The position numbers and the translations under genes were made by a program. The notes under the pieces were generated by a model. That model made no database searches and was not told where the DNA came from. It saw only the letters and a list, made by a program, of their open reading frames with translations. Shown in pieces: positions 30,961-40,305 of a DNA stretch of 64,000 nucleotides (positions are counted from its first letter, which is position 1; the number at the start of each line of letters is the position of its first letter). The stretch comes from an uncultured Gammaproteobacteria bacterium (GTDB taxonomy: Bacteria > Patescibacteriota > Microgenomatia > Daviesbacterales > UBA10151): NCBI GenBank assembly GCA_964394855.1, contig CAYMZD010000003.1, forward strand, positions 94,041 to 158,040. The letters are read 5' to 3'.

Positions 30961-33111
30961 CTATTCTTTTAATCCTTTGACCATAATTTTTGCTCTTTTA
31001 AAAACACAGGGGTTATCCTGTATTGTATTTAGTCTAATCAACCGAGTTGGTTTGGCAGCGAAAAGAAAAACAAAAGTATCATCATCCCAACCGACGGCTT
31101 CTGGTGGTACTTGAGGAAAATCTACAGGTTCAATTTCTCGGCTCCAATCAACTCCATTCATGGATAGGCTCATGTAACCTCCTTTTAATTTTTGGCAGTC
31201 TTTTATATCATGATCTATAATTAGTCTTGTTAAAAAAACAGTTTTTTTAAGATCTATCAACATTTCGTTGGGATAAATTTTTAACTCATGGGGATAGACC
31301 AGCTCCTCCTTAAAACCTTCTTTAGTATGTTGTAAGTCATTTTTCCATATTTTTAATATGGGGACACCATCAACTTTCACCTCATAAACCGGATTAAGAT
31401 ACGTTTCATAATAGGCAAAACTATACCAACTTTTTTGAGGGAAGTCATGGGTTTGTTCCATTTCATATTCCCCCACTCGATTTGGCCCGCTCCAAAATCC
31501 GTTATTAAAAAATATATCCGATCTTAAAGATAACCTTGGCAGATTGGCCATGGTAGCAACAGGAAGTCCCAGCTTGGCTTGCGGTTCGGCATTCTCATTT
31601 AGCCAATTAACTCCTTGAAGATAGGCATTACCGTAACTATTACCCCAAAATGGAATATTTTTTTCTCTGGCTCCTTTTAATCCTCCAATTAACTGGTTAA
31701 AATAAACATTCTCATTTGGGTGAAGCCTGATCAGTTCCCAAACATTAAAAACGGCAAAACTTATCAAAAGAGTAATAATTAAAATTAGAGCTTGGGTAGG
31801 AGAGTGAATAATTTTTTTTAATAGTTGCCACAGGGTCAACGCTCCCAGACCTGTCATTATTCCTAAAGGCAAAACAAATTCCATGATATGCCTAATACCC
31901 CCATAAATAGCAAAATTAGGCAGAGATACCCTAATAATAGGTACCCACAACCACAAAAGAAGTAGCAGATAAACTGAATTTCTGACAGTAATTAGCTTAG
32001 CTAATGAATAAAAAGTTCCTACCAAGGATAGGATTAAAACCGGCAAAGGGGTTGTAGTAACAATCCAAGTAATTGGAAAAAGATTAATTTTATAAAAAAT
32101 AAAATTCTTAAGTTCCGATGGTGTACCAAGTCCTGAGGATTTATAGAAAGCAATATTTTTTTGGATGTTACCTAAGGGATCTGGCCAAAGATAAGGCCAA
32201 AGAATATAAAAAACTAATAAAGTAACTACCGGAAAGAAGAGTAGGCTTAGAAAAAGTTTCTTATTTTTTTTATGAAATTTTAAATTCCCTTGAATAAATA
32301 TAAGTAAAAGCCAAGGACCCAGGATAAACGGCAAAAATAATATATTAAATTTTATACCCAAGGCCATCCCGGCAAAAATAGCCGCAACAATCATTAACCT
32401 CCATCTTTCCTTCACTATTGCATAATAAAATGTAATGATAGTCAGTCCGAAAAACACAGTCTCCGGTGGATCTTTAACATTAAAGTGGGATTCTGCGAAA
32501 AATAAAGGATAAGTGGCAATAGCAAATGTAGACACCAAAGAGACAAATAAACCAAATTCAAAGTAGGTAAAAATAGCTACTCCAGCCAATACAAAAAAAC
32601 TCAATAATATTTCTGCCAGGTGATGAGATTCAACATCGGGCATTATTTTCAAATTCTGGTAAAAAATGCGGTTAGTTAATGCCGCCAGAATACCACCTAA
32701 TGGAGGATGACCATCTTCTTTTTGAATGACCTCATTAAACGATACTGCATCATGTTGAAAAAAACTACGCCTTAACTGCAAATTACTATCTGCATTTTTC
32801 TTGGTAACTCTTTCATAAGTTTGGTCATTTCCTAAAAAATCAGTAGTATCCGAAGGACTGGGAGGAGAAATCTGGCAATCACTAGATAGTGGTGCTTGTT
32901 GACATCTCTTTTGATTAGCTCTGGGGTAGGGGGGTAAGTCTTTGTAATCTTTGTTACCTGTTAAAAAAAAGTGAAGATATGCTTGACCTCTGTAAAAATG
33001 AAAAGGCTCATCAGAATTAAAACCATAGTGGGGTAAGGTTATTACTCCTATAACAAGAAATAATATGGGGATTACTAAGCTTAATTTCCATGACCCGCTT
33101 GCTTTAAGCAT
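30961..33111 (-). CDS. GT-C fold membrane glycosyltransferase (paralog of 27348..29441; 'NSDEPFHFYRGQAY')
   Basis: Conserved blocks 'NENVYFNQL.GL.GA.EKNIP.WGNSYGN.YLQGVNWLN.NAEPQA' shared with the paralog. Confidence 0.65.
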   Translation of the reverse strand: MLKASGSWKLSLVIPILFLVIGVITLPHYGFNSDEPFHFYRGQAYLHFFLTGNKDYKDLPPYPRANQKRCQQAPLSSDCQISPPSPSDTTDFLGNDQTYERVTKKNADSNLQLRRSFFQHDAVSFNEVIQKEDGHPPLGGILAALTNRIFYQNLKIMPDVESHHLAEILLSFFVLAGVAIFTYFEFGLFVSLVSTFAIATYPLFFAESHFNVKDPPETVFFGLTIITFYYAIVKERWRLMIVAAIFAGMALGIKFNILFLPFILGPWLLLIFIQGNLKFHKKNKKLFLSLLFFPVVTLLVFYILWPYLWPDPLGNIQKNIAFYKSSGLGTPSELKNFIFYKINLFPITWIVTTTPLPVLILSLVGTFYSLAKLITVRNSVYLLLLLWLWVPIIRVSLPNFAIYGGIRHIMEFVLPLGIMTGLGALTLWQLLKKIIHSPTQALILIITLLISFAVFNVWELIRLHPNENVYFNQLIGGLKGAREKNIPFWGNSYGNAYLQGVNWLNENAEPQAKLGLPVATMANLPRLSLRSDIFFNNGFWSGPNRVGEYEMEQTHDFPQKSWYSFAYYETYLNPVYEVKVDGVPILKIWKNDLQHTKEGFKEELVYPHELKIYPNEMLIDLKKTVFLTRLIIDHDIKDCQKLKGGYMSLSMNGVDWSREIEPVDFPQVPPEAVGWDDDTFVFLFAAKPTRLIRLNTIQDNPCVFKRAKIMVKGLKE

Positions 33112-33146
33112 GTATATAATATTACAATATCTTAAAACTTTTTAGT

Positions 33147-33884
33147 ATGAGTATTAAACAGTGGTGGGATAAATTTACTGATTACTTTTCCCTCTTGCCT
33201 ATTCATCCCCAGTATTTTTTAAAGAAATATAACTACACTGCAGTGGAATTTGCCATAAAGTATGCCAAAGGTATTTTACTAGACATTGGTTGTGGCAGGA
33301 TGCCATATAAAAAAATTTTGATTAAAAGAACAGAAAAATATATTGGTTTAGATAATCCCACTACCTCCAAAATGTATCATGGAACTGATAAACCAGATAT
33401 CTTTGCGGATGCTACTAATATACCTCTACCTGATCAATCATGCGATACCATACTTTCTTTCCAAGTTTTAGAACACTTACCAGATCCATTAATAGCTCTA
33501 AGAGAAATACAAAGACTTCTTAAACCACGTGGCATACTGATTTTATCTACCGTCCAATCTTATCCTTTACATGATGAACCGTATGATTTCTATCGCTACA
33601 CTAAATATGGTCTTAAATATTTATTAAAGCAGCAAAATTTTAAAATTATAAAGACTAAAGAGGAGGGTAATATTTTTGTATTACTTAATCAAAACTTTAA
33701 TGTCTATTTAATGCTCATCCTCAAAAATTTAATTAGCCAAAAATTTACAAAATTTTTGGCAATTTTGCTCTCTCCGATTTTTCTTATGATAACTACTCTC
33801 TCAAATTTAGTAACCCTACCATTAATTAATTTTGATCATAATTCTAAATTCCGTATAATTCATACTTTAGTTATCAGAAAATAA
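33147..33884 (+). CDS. Class I SAM-dependent methyltransferase (with C-terminal hydrophobic tail)
   Basis: 'ILLDIGCGRMPY', 'LKPRGILILS'. Confidence 0.65.
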   Translation: MSIKQWWDKFTDYFSLLPIHPQYFLKKYNYTAVEFAIKYAKGILLDIGCGRMPYKKILIKRTEKYIGLDNPTTSKMYHGTDKPDIFADATNIPLPDQSCDTILSFQVLEHLPDPLIALREIQRLLKPRGILILSTVQSYPLHDEPYDFYRYTKYGLKYLLKQQNFKIIKTKEEGNIFVLLNQNFNVYLMLILKNLISQKFTKFLAILLSPIFLMITTLSNLVTLPLINFDHNSKFRIIHTLVIRK

Positions 33885-33888
33885 ATTT

Positions 33889-35862
33889 TTATTCTTTTTT
33901 ACATATAAAAATATAGTTGGGAATTATTTTAATAAATAAATTAAATATATATTTTGGGATGATTTTTAAAATTGGTTCATATTTTAAAAGTGATACAAAA
34001 TTATATTTTTTAGGGTTTTTTAAAATATCAGCTGTTAAATTATAAATTTTAAATTGGTGGAATAACTTTTTCAGTTGCGGATAAGTTAAATAGTAAGCAG
34101 GATAATATTCACTTTTAAGGAAGTGTGCTATTTTTATAGCTAAACTAAGTGGTAGGAAGTGTATTAGAGGCAGCCTGCTTTGTCCTTCCAGAAGGGTAAG
34201 TTTATTCCTTGCTCCCACAAAACAAATCCCTCCTTTTTTTAGAACCCTATATATTTCTTTTACTAACTGTTCTTGGTCATTAACGAACTCATAGATCTGA
34301 TTAGCTATGACCACATCAAATTGATTATTTCTAAAATCCAAATTTAGTGAATTCATAACTTTAAAAGTTAAATTATTTTTTTTATATGACTTTTGGGCTA
34401 ATGTAAGAGCTTTTGCGTCAATATCAATACCTACGACCTTTTTAAATAGAGAGCTCAACATATTGGTAATAACTCCCGTTGAGCAACCAATATCCAAACA
34501 GGTTAAATTTTTACATTTTTTCAAGTTGTCTGCTTCCATAAATTGTTGTAAAACACCCGTAATTTGTTGACCAATTACTTGGCGCTCGCTAACTTTGAGC
34601 ATTTTAGGAACAGTTTGAGTATAACTTGGAGGTTCTGCTCTTTTATTAATAATCTCCTCAAATAACTTTGAGTATTGCCTGCCAATAGCCGGCCAAAAAA
34701 ATCTATTTAAAACTTCGCTTCTGGCATTTTTACCTAAACTTTCCCTCATTTTTTTAGAGGAAATAAGTTGCGAAAGCGTATAAGCAATTTCTTGAGCATT
34801 TTTTTCAGGTATTAAAATCCCACTTTTCCGGTTGTTTATCACTACTCTATATCCCGGGAAGTCTGTTGTTACCACTGGCAAACCACAAGCCATGGCCTCT
34901 ACTACTGAAACTGACTGATCATCCAGATTTCCTTTTTCGTCTCTGACTGAAGGCAGTATAAAAATATCAGCCATGTTATAGAAATTTTTTAAGTGTTTAT
35001 AATCTACACTTCCGGGGAGGAAAAAAAATTCAGATAGTTCCTCCTTTTTAATCAGGCCTTCCAGTTCTTCTCTTTGATCGCCCTCACCTACAATTACAAA
35101 AATCACTTTTTTGTTTTTTTGTAAAATCTTGGGGGCTGCTTCTATTAAATACCTAAATCCCTTTTTGGCAACTAATCTGCCAACCCCTAAAATAATTATC
35201 TTATTATCTGATATACCAAGTTTTTTTCGTAAAACTAATCCATTTTTCAAATCAGGATGAAATTTTTTTGGATCAACTCCATAAATAATAGTAGAAAATT
35301 TTTTTCTGTCGGCTCCTAAATTTTCTAAATCTTGTAATAGTTGGGGGCTGTTACTGGTGATGGCTGAAGAAATAAAACTTGCAAAATGAGCACAAAGTTT
35401 AAATAAAAAGTTTTTTTGAGCGATATAAACATCAGACCCAGGAAGAGTAGAAACAAGAGGAACTCCTGTCAATAAAGAAACGAAACTTGCCAAAAATCCA
35501 TTAGGTAAAATCCAGTGGGCACTGATAATATCAATTTTTTCTTTCTTTACAAGTAAAAAAAGATTAAAGATTTCGAAAAGGAAAAAAAGTGGGGCTAAAA
35601 TATAAACAAGAGGCTTTAACCTCACGTCGTTTTTTAGAGTGTTAGAAAATCCTAAAATGTGTAACTTATTGGGGAAAATGTATTTAAAGGTCCTTAATTT
35701 ATACGGCCTTTTTATATTTATTTGGAAATCTGTAGAAAATGGTGTTAAAACAAAAACTTCGTTCCCCGCAAAGGTTAATCCTGATGCCAAACCTTCCATA
35801 AAAGGAGCGGCACTATCTCCAGGAAATCGAGGAAAGGTATGAGTCAATATGCAAATTTTCAT
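33889..35862 (-). CDS. Bifunctional GT4 glycosyltransferase (N-terminal) / SAM-dependent methyltransferase (C-terminal) fusion
   Basis: N-terminal half has a GT4 pattern ('GVGRLVAKKGFRYLIEA...E...GLPVVTTDFPG'); C-terminal about 200 aa has 'CLDIGCSTGVITNML...VVGIDIDAKAL' and 'LKKGGICFV' methyltransferase motifs. Confidence 0.7.
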   Translation of the reverse strand: MKICILTHTFPRFPGDSAAPFMEGLASGLTFAGNEVFVLTPFSTDFQINIKRPYKLRTFKYIFPNKLHILGFSNTLKNDVRLKPLVYILAPLFFLFEIFNLFLLVKKEKIDIISAHWILPNGFLASFVSLLTGVPLVSTLPGSDVYIAQKNFLFKLCAHFASFISSAITSNSPQLLQDLENLGADRKKFSTIIYGVDPKKFHPDLKNGLVLRKKLGISDNKIIILGVGRLVAKKGFRYLIEAAPKILQKNKKVIFVIVGEGDQREELEGLIKKEELSEFFFLPGSVDYKHLKNFYNMADIFILPSVRDEKGNLDDQSVSVVEAMACGLPVVTTDFPGYRVVINNRKSGILIPEKNAQEIAYTLSQLISSKKMRESLGKNARSEVLNRFFWPAIGRQYSKLFEEIINKRAEPPSYTQTVPKMLKVSERQVIGQQITGVLQQFMEADNLKKCKNLTCLDIGCSTGVITNMLSSLFKKVVGIDIDAKALTLAQKSYKKNNLTFKVMNSLNLDFRNNQFDVVIANQIYEFVNDQEQLVKEIYRVLKKGGICFVGARNKLTLLEGQSRLPLIHFLPLSLAIKIAHFLKSEYYPAYYLTYPQLKKLFHQFKIYNLTADILKNPKKYNFVSLLKYEPILKIIPKYIFNLFIKIIPNYIFICKKE

Positions 35863-35898
35863 ATTGAGATTATATCTTAAAAAGTATTATTGGTGTAA

Positions 35899-36444
35899 TT
35901 ATTTTAGAAGTTGCAGCAGTTTTTCAATTTGATCATTCATTGCCATAAGTTTTTGCTTTGTTTCTTCATCAGCCTGTTTTTCTAATAGAACGAGGTATTT
36001 TTTCGTTTTTTGTAATCTATCAGTCATTTCTATATTTATTGGGGCGGGAGTTTTTTCTTTCCTAGCCTTTTCTATATTAACTCCAGCTTCATTTAGTTGC
36101 TTTAACCCCTTATCAATAGTTTTTAATGCTGGACCTTTTTTATTTTCCTTCAATAACTTCTCTACTTCAAAAAGCCTTTTGGTGACAAGAGTAGTTTGAT
36201 AATTTGCTTTTTGTCCTGCCCCAAAGACAATCCACCCCCTGGCATTTTCTTTTAATTCTTTCAAAAAATATAGTGGATCCTCTATTGTTTTACCTGCCGC
36301 CAAAGGCCAAAAAACGGCATTGGGATTAAACTCCCCTTCTTCAGAAATATTTTCTTGGGCCAGGGCAAAATTAGCTGAAAAAGCAGCAATAATGGTGACA
36401 AGAAAAAGTAATACAGTTATAAAAAGGGGGTTAATTTTCACCAT
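35899..36444 (-). CDS. Secreted protein with signal peptide and coiled-coil C-terminus, unknown function
   Basis: 'MVKINPLFITVLLFLVTIIAAFSANFALAQE' signal; K/E-rich C-terminal half; motif shared with 30435..30929. Confidence 0.45.
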   Translation of the reverse strand: MVKINPLFITVLLFLVTIIAAFSANFALAQENISEEGEFNPNAVFWPLAAGKTIEDPLYFLKELKENARGWIVFGAGQKANYQTTLVTKRLFEVEKLLKENKKGPALKTIDKGLKQLNEAGVNIEKARKEKTPAPINIEMTDRLQKTKKYLVLLEKQADEETKQKLMAMNDQIEKLLQLLK

Positions 36445-36446
36445 TC

Positions 36447-37361
36447 TTAATGATTATAACGTCCTTCAAAAGATGAGTCAAGTAGTTTATCTAAGATCAG
36501 CAAGACAAACCCCAAAACAAAGACCTCTACCAGCAGGAGTACCACTCTAAATATGATTGCTATAATACCTGCTATTCCAAAAGGAATGTAAGATGAAAGT
36601 AGTGTCGCTATTGAGGCTTCTTGAACTCCTAATCCGGAAGGGGCAAAAACTGTTAAGTAACCTAAAATCCAAGATGTTGTAAAAATTCCTATAAAAATAA
36701 ATAAGAAAGTCATAGGTAAGTTGGCAATACTATTTGCCAGAATAAGCAGGGTTAATCCAGCAAAAAAATATTGCATAAATATTGTTAAAAATAAAAAGGG
36801 GACTACTCTAAGCGATATCTTTAGTGATTTTAAAATCTTAAATTTTTTACTTACTTCAAGTTTACCAAATATATAAATGAAAAGCGGTATCATTGCCAAA
36901 ATAGCGAGCATCCAAATTAATTTGTCTACTGGTATTATTGAGGGGGTGGATAAAAAGAATATCATTATTATGAGTGCACCAGTGGCCAAATTAAAAATCG
37001 CTTCTAATAAAACGGCTGTAGTCGCTTCAACCTTACTGACACCATGCTGACCCAAAAGATAAATCCTACTTGGATATTGCCAAAATCCTCCTGGCAAGAA
37101 ACGGGCCGCATTTGATATTAACCAAAGCCTTAAATTTTTTTTAAAAGCTATTTTTATACCAACGGTTTTTGTAATTAAATGCCAAGTTAAAACATTAAAA
37201 AAATAAATCGGCAAAGCTATTATCATAGTTAATATCAAATTAATTACATTCAGGTTTAAAATGTGAAATTTAATTTGATCCCATTCTCCAAATATGCGGG
37301 ATGCCAATAAAATAAAAATTAAGCTAACAAAGAATAATGAAAATAATTTTTTAAAATTCAT
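36447..37361 (-). CDS. Flippase-like integral membrane protein (LPG-synthase TM / UPF0104-like)
   Basis: 8 TM helices; 'FLPGGFWQYPSRIYLL' resembles the conserved PG..GE..R loop of that family. Confidence 0.45.
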   Translation of the reverse strand: MNFKKLFSLFFVSLIFILLASRIFGEWDQIKFHILNLNVINLILTMIIALPIYFFNVLTWHLITKTVGIKIAFKKNLRLWLISNAARFLPGGFWQYPSRIYLLGQHGVSKVEATTAVLLEAIFNLATGALIIMIFFLSTPSIIPVDKLIWMLAILAMIPLFIYIFGKLEVSKKFKILKSLKISLRVVPFLFLTIFMQYFFAGLTLLILANSIANLPMTFLFIFIGIFTTSWILGYLTVFAPSGLGVQEASIATLLSSYIPFGIAGIIAIIFRVVLLLVEVFVLGFVLLILDKLLDSSFEGRYNH

Positions 37362-38475
37362 TGATGATATTTTTAATTAATTGGCTACTTAAATCTATAG
37401 AGCGTCTCCAAGAAAAACGATTACTCCATTTAATTGCCTGGTTTTTCATCTTTTCATATTTTTTTTCATCTTGCAAGATAGATAAAACTTGTTCTGCTAG
37501 TTTCTCTGGAGTATGAACCTGGCACAATATACCACTGTAATCATTTTTGATGGAATCTACCAAACCCGCTGATTCATATGCTACCACCGGTACTCCACAT
37601 GCATTAGCTTCTATATTAACCAGTCCCCAGCCTTCATGGGCAGATGGATTAATTAAGATATGTGCTTTTGACAGGAGTTTAAACTTTTTCTCCTGGGAAA
37701 CAAAACCCCAAAATTTAATTTTATGACTTAATTTTAACTTTCTAACAAGCTCTTTAATTTGGTGACCATATTTTTCTGTTTCTGGTTTTCCGATAACCCA
37801 AAAAATAAAATTCCCTTTTTGATGAAGGATAGAAAAACATTTGATAGCATCTTCAATACCCTTATCCTTTGACAAAATTCCCAAATAAACTATTGTTTTA
37901 ACTTTTGACTTTTTCCTTTTAACTTTTAACTTCTTAATAACTACTCCATGAGGAACAACTGTAATATTCTTCTTGGGGATGCCAAATTTAGCCACATCCT
38001 CTTTTGCAGAGTGAGATCCTGTCATAAAATGAACTTTTCTATAAAATAAAAAAACCAGTGGTTCTCCCAAATAACCAATTACTCCTATTATCCAGTTTAG
38101 GGGCTTGGGAAGTGGATTTAAAAACCAAACCGCCTTGGCCACTTCTTGAATAACTGCCAATTTTGGCTTTCTCACATAAAGTGGAGTTAAAAATGGCAAA
38201 CCATGAAACTGATCTACCACCAAATCAAATTTTTTTCTATTCCTTAAATAATAAAAAAAACCAGCCAACTGAACACCCAGATATTGATAGCCTTGTCGCA
38301 CAATATCTATACCATCTATCCCCTCCTCTGTTACTAAATTATTTAATCGGGAAGAAAAAAGAGTCACCTTGTGACCTACCTTCACCCACCCCTTCATATG
38401 TTCGTGCATCACCTGTTCCGCCCCCCCTGCCAATGGATGGCGGGGGTCTCTCCAGGAAAAGACAAGGATGTTCAT
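37351..38475 (-). CDS. GT4 family glycosyltransferase
   Basis: 'MNILVFSWRDPRHPLAGGAEQVMHE', 'IGKPETEKYG', 'EGWGLVNIEANACGVPVVA' GT4 motifs; contains a C7 tract at 38421..38427. Confidence 0.75.
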   Translation of the reverse strand: MNILVFSWRDPRHPLAGGAEQVMHEHMKGWVKVGHKVTLFSSRLNNLVTEEGIDGIDIVRQGYQYLGVQLAGFFYYLRNRKKFDLVVDQFHGLPFLTPLYVRKPKLAVIQEVAKAVWFLNPLPKPLNWIIGVIGYLGEPLVFLFYRKVHFMTGSHSAKEDVAKFGIPKKNITVVPHGVVIKKLKVKRKKSKVKTIVYLGILSKDKGIEDAIKCFSILHQKGNFIFWVIGKPETEKYGHQIKELVRKLKLSHKIKFWGFVSQEKKFKLLSKAHILINPSAHEGWGLVNIEANACGVPVVAYESAGLVDSIKNDYSGILCQVHTPEKLAEQVLSILQDEKKYEKMKNQAIKWSNRFSWRRSIDLSSQLIKNIINEF

Positions 38476-39254
38476 ATCGAGGAAAAAAGGCGCGCGACAA
38501 TCTCGGTTTTACCTTTTTCCAGCGCGTGATTCCACCAAAAAATTGCTACCCCCGTAGATGGTTCTTTTTTAGCTTCATTAAATGCTTTTGTGATTTCTTC
38601 TTCTGTCATTAAATCCGGCAAATCATCCGGCATATCTTTAATTTGAATAATAGGCAAAACCGGCTTACCAGTACTATTTACCATCCAATCAACATATTCC
38701 GAAATATAGGAAATATTTTTTTTGAGCATCCGATGATAAAGCATGGGAGAAAAAAAATCAAAGACTTGGGAAAGTGCTACATAATCTAAACCCAATGCTT
38801 TTTGTAAACTTGGTGCATCTTTAAAGGCTACTGCAAAAAGACCCATTTTTGCTCTACCTGCTATTTCTGAATTTAGCTCTTTTGATAGATTCAATATTGC
38901 TTCTTCTCTATCTACATTTTGGCAATATTGACAAGCTGGATGTGCCATCGACACATCTTCATCCTTTACATCAGTACAATCCCCACCAAAGCGAAGAAAA
39001 TCAAACCAAATCTCTTTTGGATTAAATTCCAAAGCTTTTCTGACTTTTTCTATCAAATTTTGTTTGACAGATTTATCAAGTGGGCAATCATCTTTATTAA
39101 TAGAGGATATGGAAGTAGCTAAATCACAACCTAAATTTTGTAATTTCTGCCAAATTTCTTGATTTAGCCCCTCTAAAGTTATAATTAAATGATTAGCTCC
39201 GCTTTCTTTAATTCCCTCTAATCTGGTAGGATCTACAAAGATAGATTTAATCAC
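38472..39254 (-). CDS. Hypothetical protein (possibly TIM-barrel, glycoside-hydrolase-like)
   Basis: 260 aa ORF in tight operon context; no motif I can assign with confidence. Confidence 0.4.
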   Translation of the reverse strand: MIKSIFVDPTRLEGIKESGANHLIITLEGLNQEIWQKLQNLGCDLATSISSINKDDCPLDKSVKQNLIEKVRKALEFNPKEIWFDFLRFGGDCTDVKDEDVSMAHPACQYCQNVDREEAILNLSKELNSEIAGRAKMGLFAVAFKDAPSLQKALGLDYVALSQVFDFFSPMLYHRMLKKNISYISEYVDWMVNSTGKPVLPIIQIKDMPDDLPDLMTEEEITKAFNEAKKEPSTGVAIFWWNHALEKGKTEIVARLFSSI

Positions 39255-39272
39255 TTAAGTTATTATAATATA

Positions 39273-40289
39273 TTACCCCCCAATAATTCCCCTTAAGGCG
39301 GTGTAGGGGTGGGTTTTAAAAGCGCGCCATAAATAAACCGGCGCCACTAAATGCCCCGATCTTAAATGTCCCAAAAACAATCCGTAGTAGGCATCAGCCA
39401 AACCTTTGGGATAGGGTGCACTTTCACGCCTGATCCTGGCTGCTTCACGAAAACGGTCTAAGGCTTCATCTAATGAACCACCACGGAGTCTTCTCTCTCC
39501 CAATAAAAGATGCTGATGAGCTAAGGGGCCAAGGTTAGCTGGATTAGCTTCTAACTGTTTGCTGGAAAATTCTCCTGCCTCTTGAATATGTTTATCAGCG
39601 CCCCCTATATCACCTTGCCTCATGAAACATCTGGCTACCCAAGCATGGCCTAAGGCCAATTTGCCATTTCTGTTGGGATCATCTATACCTTCATCCATCC
39701 CCAGTGCTTCTTGAAAGTGTCTGATGGCCCGAGATAAGTTTCTCTCTTGCCTTACCCCCATGACTGCCAAGCCATATTCTGCCCGACCAATAAAATGTTT
39801 TGTGGTAGAATTTAGTTCTTTTATTTTGATAGTCCAATCCCTTTGAGGAAAAGAGGAAAGCTCTCTCTCGGCATCTTGGAAATGAGATATCGATTCAAAA
39901 TAACCTAACTCATAATCAGCTAACCAACCTAATTTTTCTTCTCTTCTGGCCATTAACAACACCCTCTCTTGAGGTAATAATTCTAACTTAGTTAATTGAC
40001 CAAACTCTGTATTTAAAGTTTCCCTTGCCTGCCTAAATGCTCCTAAATTGATAAGTTGTTGAATAAATTCAAAGAAAGCCTCTCCCCTAGTTTCTGCATC
40101 TAGAACGGGATTTTGATATGTGGAAAAACAATGGATGGCTGCTTGATGAAAATCGTGCCGTCCTTCCCAATCTTTGGCTGTTTCTATACCCGCTCCATCT
40201 ACTTTATATAAACGGACTGAAGGACTAGCTTTCTCTAAAACACTCCTTGCCACCCAATGAATAAAACTGGCTTTAGCTTCTGCTAACAT
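39273..40289 (-). CDS. Hypothetical alpha-helical repeat (TPR-like) protein; GC-richer than surroundings
   Basis: 338 aa; helical repeat texture with recurring A/L/R/G; sampled 60-nt lines are about 45% GC versus far lower for neighbours. Confidence 0.4.
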   Translation of the reverse strand: MLAEAKASFIHWVARSVLEKASPSVRLYKVDGAGIETAKDWEGRHDFHQAAIHCFSTYQNPVLDAETRGEAFFEFIQQLINLGAFRQARETLNTEFGQLTKLELLPQERVLLMARREEKLGWLADYELGYFESISHFQDAERELSSFPQRDWTIKIKELNSTTKHFIGRAEYGLAVMGVRQERNLSRAIRHFQEALGMDEGIDDPNRNGKLALGHAWVARCFMRQGDIGGADKHIQEAGEFSSKQLEANPANLGPLAHQHLLLGERRLRGGSLDEALDRFREAARIRRESAPYPKGLADAYYGLFLGHLRSGHLVAPVYLWRAFKTHPYTALRGIIGG

Positions 40290-40305
40290 TTGGCAGTATT
40301 TTACC

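Noticed and set aside
33091-33120. Possible promoter (TGACCC -35, 18-nt spacer, TATAAT -10 at 33115..33120) for the methyltransferase at 33147
   Set aside because: The -10 is plausible but the -35 is poor and lies inside the divergent GT-C coding start. It was left out of the feature list as too weak on its own.
38400-38560. Local GC-rich patch at the GT4/hypothetical gene junction, considered as a possible foreign insertion or structured RNA
   Set aside because: The patch is explained by Gly/Pro/Ala/Arg-rich conserved N-terminal residues of the GT4 ('RDPRHPLAGGAEQ'). It is too short and has no obvious secondary-structure symmetry.
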